Assembly: GCA_044225365.1 (NCBI GenBank) | Contig: JBGAIQ010000032.1 | Location: 1 to 59,403 of the forward strand | DNA length: 59,403 nt | Reading direction: 5' to 3' | From: Planctomycetota bacterium | GTDB taxonomy: Bacteria > Planctomycetota > B15-G4 > JADJEK01 | Shown here: piece by piece, positions 38,391 through 46,300 of the stretch | Layout of the letters: every line of letters begins with the position of its first letter | How positions within the stretch are numbered: position 1 is the first letter of the stretch | Position numbers and translations under genes: made by a program | The notes under the pieces: generated by a model | What the model was told of the DNA's origin: nothing | The model's database searches: none | What the model saw: only the letters and a program-made list of their open reading frames with translations

Positions 38391-40232
38391 TCACATCGTG
38401 AGTTTCGGCGCCTTCTCGGCGTCGAGTACGCGGACGGCGTTGCGGCCTTCCTGCTTCACCTGGTAGAGCGCCGTGTCGGCGAGCTTCAGGAGGCGCTCGC
38501 GATTCGCGTCGCTCCCACCGCGAACGACGACGCCGATGCTGACCGACAAGAGGAGTCCGTCGGTGGACTCGAGGCCGGCGAGTTCGACGCGTTCGCGAGT
38601 CCGGTCGAAGATCTGTTGGGCCTGTTCGAGTTGTGTCCCCGGAAGGATTGCGAGGAACTCATCGCCGCCGTAGCGGCCGAGCAGATCGTTCGAGCGCAGT
38701 GCGAGACGCACCACCTCGGAGATCCGCCGCAGGTACTCGTCGCCGTAGAGGTGGCCGAAGTTGTCGTTCACCTTCTTCAAGTGATCGCAATCGATGAGGG
38801 CGACGGCGAGTCCGCGTTCGCCGAGATCGGGCAATTGGAGTTGTCGTTCGAGCGCCTCGAGGATTCCGCGGCGATTGAAGAGCCCGGTCAGTTCGTCGAT
38901 CTTCGCGGCCTCGGACTGGCGCTTCAGTTCGACGGTGCGCAGTGCGAGTCCGGCGTGTGAAGTCACCGCCGCGAGCAGATCCGGTGACACCTGGCGCGGA
39001 TCGTGATGCTCGAGACCGAGCAATCCGACGACCTCCTTGCCGCCGACGATCGGCACGAAGTAGGCCGTCGCGTCCAGCGAGGAGTGCAGTTTCTCCAGGC
39101 CCGAGCCGCGCACCCCGTGGAAGAGTGGCCGACCGCATCGCAGCGCGCTCTGCAGCGCTTCGCTGAGCGAAGGGATCGCGAATTCGAGTTCGGGAAGGCT
39201 CATCGGCACGTTGCCATGACACGTCAGCACGGCGCGCCGCAACATCCCGTCGTCGATGCGCAGGCAATAGGCGCGGGAAGCGCCGAGCTCTTCGACGATG
39301 CCGGCCGTGAACGCGACCGCGAGCGATTCTTCGTCGGTCGCCGACGCCACCCGCGAGAAGAGGGCGGGCAACGGACCGAGGTCGCGTGTCGAGGCCTGGG
39401 AGATGAGATCCGGCATCACGATCTGAGGCAGTTCGTGCATCGCAGAGCGCGTCGCCCGAACTCCCCGCTCGTCGAGGACCGCGGAGGCGAGTTCCTCGAT
39501 CGATGCCGCGAGTCGGTCGGCCGAGCCATTCAGCGCGGCGACGTTCGCCATGAAACGGTGAGGCCGCGGCTGTTGACAACGCTCCGGCATCGCATAGCCG
39601 ATTCGGGTCGCGAACAGATCCGCCGTACCGAGGATCGAAGTCTCGATCGAGACCGGATCGTCCGCGCTGTCGCGCAGGATCGCGTAGTCGCGTACCGCCG
39701 CGATGAGCGACGCCGGCGCGTCGACTCCACACAGCAGTTCGGATCCAACGAGCCCGCATTCCTCCTCGTCGAGCCATCGGTCGCTCGAGAACGCGAGGCA
39801 CGCCGCGTCGCAGAGATGATGCAAGAGCCCAAGCGAGTAGGCGTGGATCGGATCGACGATGCCACTCTCTCGGCCGAGCGGCTCGGCAGCGATGGCGGAC
39901 GCGAGGCTGTGACGAAGCAACGGCGGAAAGAGTCCCGAGTTGCCGGCAAGAGCCTTCAGCCAGAGCGAGCCCGCGGCAAGCAGCGCGAGGCGCATGCTCT
40001 TGGTTTCACCGAGCAGGGGAACGGCTTCGCTCGCCGCGAGGAGCCGTCGACCCGGGAGCACTTGTCGCGAGAGCCGCAAGAAGCACTCGGTGGTCTCCTC
40101 GTCGCCCTTCAATGCCATGAGGAGCGCGCGCGTGGTCTTCAGTTCGTCGCTTGCAACGAGCAATCGACGCAGTGCCGTGGGCGCGGCGGCGGCGTGCTCG
40201 AGGATCGAATGGATGCTCGGCGTCGTGGACAT
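38391..40232 (-). CDS. HDOD-like/GAF/GGDEF diguanylate cyclase
   Basis: DELTGLFNRR, DCDHLKKVNDNFGHLYGD, I-site RSND, RYGGDEF. N-terminal RHSLASA..AYSLGLLH HDOD-like region. Confidence 0.92.
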   Translation of the reverse strand: MSTTPSIHSILEHAAAAPTALRRLLVASDELKTTRALLMALKGDEETTECFLRLSRQVLPGRRLLAASEAVPLLGETKSMRLALLAAGSLWLKALAGNSGLFPPLLRHSLASAIAAEPLGRESGIVDPIHAYSLGLLHHLCDAACLAFSSDRWLDEEECGLVGSELLCGVDAPASLIAAVRDYAILRDSADDPVSIETSILGTADLFATRIGYAMPERCQQPRPHRFMANVAALNGSADRLAASIEELASAVLDERGVRATRSAMHELPQIVMPDLISQASTRDLGPLPALFSRVASATDEESLAVAFTAGIVEELGASRAYCLRIDDGMLRRAVLTCHGNVPMSLPELEFAIPSLSEALQSALRCGRPLFHGVRGSGLEKLHSSLDATAYFVPIVGGKEVVGLLGLEHHDPRQVSPDLLAAVTSHAGLALRTVELKRQSEAAKIDELTGLFNRRGILEALERQLQLPDLGERGLAVALIDCDHLKKVNDNFGHLYGDEYLRRISEVVRLALRSNDLLGRYGGDEFLAILPGTQLEQAQQIFDRTRERVELAGLESTDGLLLSVSIGVVVRGGSDANRERLLKLADTALYQVKQEGRNAVRVLDAEKAPKLTM

Positions 40233-40507
40233 GTACTCGCGGCACATTGCTGCGCCGTATTCCCGTGACCTACGCTGGTTTTCGGCCAGTTCATGGTCGC
40301 GACTTGACCGCCGTTCTCGATTCGATTGCAGCGACGTTCAGCGATCGAAATCGCACGCCTCCCCCTGCCGCGGGTTCGTGCCCTGGGCAACTTGGTTTGG
40401 AACTCCCTGTTCTCGAGTTGCATCCCTGGCGCAAGGGCCCGCTATCATGGCCCTTTCGACCTCAGGGGTCGAAGCCACGACGTGACGAAACGGAGCTCGG
40501 AGCCCTC

Positions 40508-41605
40508 ATGACGAATTCCCCCACCGCCGACGACTATGCGAAGTCTGGCGTCGACTCCGATCGCGGCGAGTTGTTCCTCCAAGCCCTCCTCTCGTCCGTG
40601 AAGAAGTCGCTGAACCACCGCCCCGGCATCGGCCGCTCGATGCTCGACATCGGTTACTACGCCGCGGTCCTCGACCTGGGCCGCGGGCAAGGCCTCGCGC
40701 TCACCACCGACGGCGTCGGCACGAAGATCCTCATCGCCGAGATGATGGAGAAGTACGACACGATCGGCATCGACTGCGTCGCGATGAACGTGAACGACCT
40801 CATTTGCGTGAACGCCGAACCGATCGCGATGCTCGACTACCTCGCGGTGGCGGACGTCGAACCCGACGTCGGCGGGCAGATCGGCCGCGGGCTCCTCGAA
40901 GGTGCGAAGCAGGCCGAGATCAGCATCCCGGGCGGCGAACTCGCGCAGCTTCGCGACATGATCAAGGGCGTCCGCGAAGGCAGTGGCCTCGACCTCGCTG
41001 GCGCGGCATTCGGTCTCGTCGAACTCCGCGACGTCAATGTCGGCGCGGAGATCCAGGAAGGCGACGTCCTCATCGGGCTCGCGAGCACGGGACTCCACAG
41101 CAATGGATACTCGCTCGCTCGGCGCGTGCTCTTCGAACAGGGCAAGCTCGAACTCGACGCGAAGCTCGACGGAGTGAAGCAGCCGCTCGGTCTCGCGCTC
41201 CTCGAACCGACGCACATCTACGTGAAGGAGTGGAAGGCGCTGCGCGATCGTCACGTGCGGATGAAGGCGATCCTCAACATCACGGGCGACGGACTGTTCA
41301 ACCTCGCGCGCGTGCAGTCGAACGTCGGCTTCGTGATCGACCATCTGCCCCAGCCGCCCGCGATCTTCGAGCACATCCAGCGCATCGGCCAATTGCCGCA
41401 TTCCGATATGTACAAGGTCTTCAACATGGGCATCGGCTTCTGCTTCGTCGTGCCCGAGCGCGAAGTCGGCGATGCGCTGTCCGTGCTCTCGCACTTCCCG
41501 ATGAAGGCCAACGTGATCGGCCGCGCGGTCGCCGACCGCGAGAAGAAGATCTCCGTCCCCGCGCTGAAGATGCTCGGGAAGGACGATCACTTCTTCAGTA
41601 TCTGA
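40508..41605 (+). CDS. purM: Phosphoribosylformylglycinamidine cyclo-ligase (AIR synthetase)
   Basis: YAKSGVD, TDGVGTK, IGIDCVAMNVND, GGE, STGLHSNGYSLAR, LLEPTHIY, FNMGIG. Confidence 0.96.
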   Translation: MTNSPTADDYAKSGVDSDRGELFLQALLSSVKKSLNHRPGIGRSMLDIGYYAAVLDLGRGQGLALTTDGVGTKILIAEMMEKYDTIGIDCVAMNVNDLICVNAEPIAMLDYLAVADVEPDVGGQIGRGLLEGAKQAEISIPGGELAQLRDMIKGVREGSGLDLAGAAFGLVELRDVNVGAEIQEGDVLIGLASTGLHSNGYSLARRVLFEQGKLELDAKLDGVKQPLGLALLEPTHIYVKEWKALRDRHVRMKAILNITGDGLFNLARVQSNVGFVIDHLPQPPAIFEHIQRIGQLPHSDMYKVFNMGIGFCFVVPEREVGDALSVLSHFPMKANVIGRAVADREKKISVPALKMLGKDDHFFSI

Positions 41606-41623
41606 TTCACGAGGATCGCGCGG

Positions 41624-43222
41624 CTACGGCGTTTCCTTCGCCGGAGACACGTCGAAGCGCGATTCCGTGAGGCGCTCCATCATGTTGCCGACGGGGAAGG
41701 GCTTGCCCGTCATCGTGGGCCCCGGCTGCACGCCGAGCAGAGCGAAGACCGTCGCCGTCACGTCCTCGATCGGACGGCCGGGTTCGACGTCGTAGGCGAG
41801 GCGCGTCATCGCGAACACACCGGACTTCTCGTCGGGCGCCGAAGCAGCGACGAGCAACGCGATCGACTCGCGTCGGTCCCGCTTGTCGATCCGCGCGAGG
41901 ACTTCGCCGAGGAGCGTGTCGAGCGCGCCCGCGGCCGCGTCGCGCATGTGCGAGACCTTGATGCGCCGGCCCGCGAATTCGACGATCGCGTCGGGCTTCG
42001 TACTCGCCACCGCATCGAACCAGCGGACGTCGTCGAGCACTCGCGTTTCGAACAAGAGTACGCGGAAACCACCGGCGGCGAGCGTATTCGAAACGATGGC
42101 CTTCTCGGCCGCGAACTCGGCGTCGAGCGCCGCAGCCGCGTCGCGCTCGTCGAGGAGACCCGCGGCGAGCGCGGCGTGCGGGAAATCCCCGCTGAACCGA
42201 GGCAGGGTTCCATGCGCTTTCTCGAGCGTGGCCGCGAAGTTCGCTGGAGAGGAGAGCTGCTGCCACGCGGGCGGCAGGATCGGGTCGAAATCGACCGGCT
42301 CGATGTACACCTGCAGCGATTCATCTCCCGTCGGTCGGATGTACACGCGGCAGCGCGCGTAGATCGAGAAGTCCTTCGTCGGTTCGAAGCGAACTCGGAT
42401 CGGGCGCGTGAACACTCCGGCGAACGCCGGTTCGAAGTCATCCTTGCTGCGCACCTCCGCACGCATGCGGTCGCGTGTCGTTCGGATCTCGATCTCGGCG
42501 AGGAGTGGCGGCGCGTCGGGAGCGAGGCGCGGTCCCTCGATCTGGAAAACGAAGATCGCGCCATCGCCCGAGCGCGCGGTCGCAGGAGTCGCGAGGACCC
42601 GGCCGCCGGGAACCTCCGTCGTCACCGGCTCCTTCGCCTTCGTCTCGCGGACGAAGAGGAAGCGGCCGTTGTCGAACGACGCAGCCGGGATGCCTCCCGA
42701 GAGCACTCGCCGATTCTTGTCGTCCGGATCCATGAAAGCAGCAGGCGCCCGCAGCGCGATGACTTGAAGCCCGGCCTTCGTGAGGTCAGGGATGAGGCCC
42801 GCCGTCGCCTTCTCGAACTCGAGCGCAGGGAGTTGCTCCGGAATCTGGTCGAGGTCGGAGCGGATTTGAACCAGGGATTTCGTCGGGGAGTAGACGAGCT
42901 TCGGAGCGGCGAGTGTCCCCTTCGCCGATCCTGTCCAGAGTGCGGTGCGGCTCGCCGCACCGATCCGCGCAACGGTACCTTCGACGCGGACCCGCCGCAT
43001 GTTCGGCAGGTATCCGTCGCGGACTTCCTGTTCGAAATGATCGGCGTCGAATCCCGGCACCGAGAACAGGATGACCTTCGACGGCGGCGCCGGCACTTCT
43101 TCGGTTCCCGGCGGGAGCGGCACCGACTTCTTCGCTTCACCGCTCCTGTCGGTCTGGCACCCGATGAGGAGGGCCCCCACGAAGCACCCGACGACCCGCA
43201 ACACCAAGGTTTCGATTCTCAC
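41624..43222 (-). CDS. Lipoprotein, divergent alkaline-phosphatase/phosphodiesterase-like fold
   Basis: Lipobox LLIGC. KVILFSVPGFD..GYLPNMRR and C-terminal IEDVTATVFALLGV...MTGKP resemble AP-superfamily ends. Confidence 0.6.
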   Translation of the reverse strand: MRIETLVLRVVGCFVGALLIGCQTDRSGEAKKSVPLPPGTEEVPAPPSKVILFSVPGFDADHFEQEVRDGYLPNMRRVRVEGTVARIGAASRTALWTGSAKGTLAAPKLVYSPTKSLVQIRSDLDQIPEQLPALEFEKATAGLIPDLTKAGLQVIALRAPAAFMDPDDKNRRVLSGGIPAASFDNGRFLFVRETKAKEPVTTEVPGGRVLATPATARSGDGAIFVFQIEGPRLAPDAPPLLAEIEIRTTRDRMRAEVRSKDDFEPAFAGVFTRPIRVRFEPTKDFSIYARCRVYIRPTGDESLQVYIEPVDFDPILPPAWQQLSSPANFAATLEKAHGTLPRFSGDFPHAALAAGLLDERDAAAALDAEFAAEKAIVSNTLAAGGFRVLLFETRVLDDVRWFDAVASTKPDAIVEFAGRRIKVSHMRDAAAGALDTLLGEVLARIDKRDRRESIALLVAASAPDEKSGVFAMTRLAYDVEPGRPIEDVTATVFALLGVQPGPTMTGKPFPVGNMMERLTESRFDVSPAKETP

Positions 43223-43480
43223 CTGATCACTCCGCACGCACGCTCGATGGGACGAGAGCAACTCGCTCCGCTGGGACTCTGTGCCGCTGTGCGTCCGCAC
43301 GACGCGCGGCAAAGCCTATAGGACCGTTCACGATTCGACCAGCGTACCGAGACCGCGACGGTCCGCCGCCCTGCGAAACTCCCCGGGCTCGATCCCGCGC
43401 CGCTGCGCGATCCTGCTCAACAATCGCATCGTCCCGCGCACGAAGCTGTGGGACCGGGGTGAGTTCGACGACTTCCCCAC

Positions 43481-43495
43481 CGGCATGCGGAATGC
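43481..43495 (+). promoter_or_regulatory. Putative sigma54 -24/-12 promoter
   Basis: CGGCATGCGGAATGC (GG-N10-GC). The same motif and spacing occur upstream of the paralogue. Confidence 0.6.
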
Positions 43496-43550
43496 GCGCC
43501 GACTGGATGTCGACGCATTCCTCTCGTTTCCGTTTCATGAAGGAGTCGCC

Positions 43551-44660
43551 ATGTCGTCCTCGAGGATCCAGTTTCCCGTCGTCGCGACGTTGATCGTCGC
43601 CGCATTCGGATTCATCGTGTCGCCCGCCCGGGCCCAGCTCGTTTCCTACGACGGTTTCGGAAATGGCCCGTTGTCGAATCTCGCGGGGAGCACCGGCGGA
43701 ACGGGTTGGACCTCCGCATGGTCGAACGTCTCGACGGACCTCACCAAGGTGTCGGGTCCAGGACTCTCGTACCCGGGTCTCGCGACGACGCCGGGCGCTG
43801 CGGTGACGCCGATGGTGAGCGACGTGTGGCCGAGCTCGATCTACCAGCGCTCGTTCCCACTTCCCGCCGGGACCACGAAGCTCTACCTCTCGTTCCTGCT
43901 GAGAGACGATGCTGGAGGCGGCATCTGGGGCGGCCTGTCCTTTGGCCAATACACGGGAAAGCTCATGATCGGTTCGCCGATGGGTTACTACACGTACGGT
44001 CTGCAGTGGGGTGAGTACAACGTCCACCTGTCCAACAAGCCGCTGGTCCAGGGACAGACGACGCTCGTGGTCCTGCGAATCACGCAGAACGCAGTGGCGA
44101 ACGCAACCTCCTACGACATGTTCCTCGATCCGGCGATCGGCTCGCCCGAGGCATCGATTCCAAATGCCTCGCTCGGACTCGGCGGCACCATCCCGCTCCC
44201 GGGCTACTTCGCGATCGACAACGGAACCGGCTTCACGACCGACGAGATTCGAGTGGGCACGACGTGGTCCTCCGTCCTGCCTGCCGCACCGAACGCATGG
44301 ACCGACGTCGGATTCGCGAAGCCCGGAATCTCCGGCGCGCCCCACCTCTTGGGCACGGGACCCCTGACCGCGAACTCGACGAATACCGTCACGCTCACGA
44401 ACGCGAAGCCGCAAACGTCGGCGATGCTGATCCTCGGTGCGAGCGCGTGGAACGCTCCTTTCATGGGCGGGTACCTGGTTCCCGCGCCCACGATCCTGCT
44501 CCCGATGACGACGAATGCGAGCGGCTCCGTGACCCTCCAATCCACGTGGCCCGGCGGCGTGCCCGCCGGCACTCCGATCTTCCTGCAGTACTGGATCGAG
44601 GATCCCGCCGCGACGCTCGGCCTCGCGGCGAGCAACGGACTCCTCGGAACGAGCCACTGA
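43551..44660 (+). CDS. Exported beta-rich protein, tandem paralogue 1 (369 aa)
   Basis: RBS AAGGAG, signal ending ARA-Q, YDGF..GGTGW, DEIRVGTTW, C-terminal QYWIEDP..GLAASNGL domain. Confidence 0.88.
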   Translation: MSSSRIQFPVVATLIVAAFGFIVSPARAQLVSYDGFGNGPLSNLAGSTGGTGWTSAWSNVSTDLTKVSGPGLSYPGLATTPGAAVTPMVSDVWPSSIYQRSFPLPAGTTKLYLSFLLRDDAGGGIWGGLSFGQYTGKLMIGSPMGYYTYGLQWGEYNVHLSNKPLVQGQTTLVVLRITQNAVANATSYDMFLDPAIGSPEASIPNASLGLGGTIPLPGYFAIDNGTGFTTDEIRVGTTWSSVLPAAPNAWTDVGFAKPGISGAPHLLGTGPLTANSTNTVTLTNAKPQTSAMLILGASAWNAPFMGGYLVPAPTILLPMTTNASGSVTLQSTWPGGVPAGTPIFLQYWIEDPAATLGLAASNGLLGTSH

Positions 44661-44918
44661 CTCCCTACGAGTGCGTCTCGATACGACGACTCTCCACCGC
44701 GGCCACCGCGACATCGCGGCGGCCGCGGTTCTTTCGCTCGATGGCGAGAAAGATGACAACGGCTCGAGCGGATCGAATCCACGACGAAGCCGTGGGCGAT
44801 TCCCGGATCGGGGATTCGGTCCCGCTGACCCACGTGGAATCTCCCCACCGATCGCGGAATTCACGGTCCGAGGCGCGACTCATGGTGCCTCGCTCGCGAG
44901 ATGACGGGAGTTGGGACT

Positions 44919-44933
44919 CGGCATACCGGATGC
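44919..44933 (+). promoter_or_regulatory. Putative sigma54 -24/-12 promoter
   Basis: CGGCATACCGGATGC (GG-N10-GC), followed after 11 nt by ATGTCGACG as in copy 1. Confidence 0.6.
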
Positions 44934-45009
44934 ACCAGGGCTCCATGTCGACGACGACCCCACCGCGTCGGCAGTGCGAAACCGATTTCAAGATCATGAA
45001 GGAGTCGTT

Positions 45010-46119
45010 ATGTCTTGCCGCAAGTTCCGCTTCCCCCTCGTTGCGTCGATCCTCGTCTCCGGTCTCTGCCTCATCGCTCCGCGGGCGAACGCGCAGCTCC
45101 TCTCGTACGATGGATTCGGAAACGGGCCATTGCCGGACCTTCAAGGCAGCGCGGGCGGAACCGGTTGGGTCGGTAGCTGGAGCAGCGGGAGCACCGACGT
45201 CACGAAGATCCAGGGCGCGGGTCTCAACTACACGGGTCTCGCTACGACGCCGGGTGGCGCCGTGACGCCGACCGCGGGTGGAGTGTGGCCGAGCTCGATC
45301 TATGCGCGCGCCTTCCAGGCCCTGCCGCCCGGAACGACCAAGCTCTACGTCTCCTTCCTGATGCGCGATGACGCTGCGTACGGGATCTGGGGTGGCGTGT
45401 CGTTCGGCAGTTATCCGTACGCGATGTACGTTGGTTCGCCGCAGGGTTACTACTCCTACGGCCTGATGATGAGCCAGGGCCTTGGCGACATCACGAACAA
45501 GCCGCTGGTCCAAGGCCAGACGACGCTCGTCGTCGTGCGAATCACGAAGAACGCGGGTAGCGGCGTGACCTACAACATGTATCTCGATCCGGCGATCGGT
45601 ACGAACGAGCCCGCGTTCCCCGCGGCGACGTACACGCTCGGGCCCGTGAACGCGCTGCCGACCTCGATCAAGATCGACAATGGCACAGGCTTCACGACGG
45701 ACGAGATCCGCGTCGGCACGACCTGGGAATCGGTGCTCCCCGCGGCGCCGAATCCGTGGATCGACCTCGGGTTCGCGAAGCCGGGCAGCAATGGCGCGCC
45801 GCACCTCGTCGGCTCCGGTCCGCTCACGGCGAATTCGACGAACTCGATCACGCTCACCAACGCGAAGGCGAACACGACTGCGACGCTCATCCTCGGACTC
45901 AACGTCCTCAACGTCCCGTTCATGGGTGGCACGCTCGTCCCCGAGCCCACGATCATCGTTCCGCTCACGACGAACGGCACGGGCACGGTGAACCTGCAAT
46001 CGACCTGGCCGGCGGGCATCCCGGCGGGCACGGCGGTCCGCTTCCAATACTGGATCCAGGACCCGACCGCGACCCTCGGCCTCTCGGCGAGCAATGGTCT
46101 GCAAGGCACGAGTTCGTGA
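45010..46119 (+). CDS. Exported beta-rich protein, tandem paralogue 2 (369 aa)
   Basis: Same length as and colinear with 43551-44660, same CATGAAGGAGTCG RBS block. Confidence 0.88.
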   Translation: MSCRKFRFPLVASILVSGLCLIAPRANAQLLSYDGFGNGPLPDLQGSAGGTGWVGSWSSGSTDVTKIQGAGLNYTGLATTPGGAVTPTAGGVWPSSIYARAFQALPPGTTKLYVSFLMRDDAAYGIWGGVSFGSYPYAMYVGSPQGYYSYGLMMSQGLGDITNKPLVQGQTTLVVVRITKNAGSGVTYNMYLDPAIGTNEPAFPAATYTLGPVNALPTSIKIDNGTGFTTDEIRVGTTWESVLPAAPNPWIDLGFAKPGSNGAPHLVGSGPLTANSTNSITLTNAKANTTATLILGLNVLNVPFMGGTLVPEPTIIVPLTTNGTGTVNLQSTWPAGIPAGTAVRFQYWIQDPTATLGLSASNGLQGTSS

Positions 46120-46149
46120 CGTCGATCCCGTCGTGATCGACGGAGGACG

Positions 46150-46190
46150 GAAGGCCCGCGCCACCTCGGTGGCGCGGGCCTTCTTCGTTT
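46150..46190 (+). terminator. Rho-independent terminator
   Basis: GAAGGCCCGCGCCACC-TC-GGTGGCGCGGGCCTTC perfect inverted repeat followed by TTCGTTT, after paralogue 2. Confidence 0.85.
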
Positions 46191-46300
46191 GCAGTCGACG
46201 CCGTCGTGAGATGACGCCGCGCTATGATCGTGATCTCGACGGATGGCGCGCGGCGAGTCGCGCGCATCCGCTCGTGGACCAACCTTTCGAGGGACTTCGA

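Noticed and set aside
40285-40395. ZMP/ZTP riboswitch upstream of purM
   Set aside because: GTCGCGACT and CCTGGGCAA resemble its ends, but the GGCG/CGCC pseudoknot and the GGUGG/CCAC stem are missing. An Rfam scan would settle it.
40418-40448. Sigma70 promoter for purM (TTGCAT..TATCAT)
   Set aside because: The 19-bp spacing is suboptimal; too weak to list as a feature.
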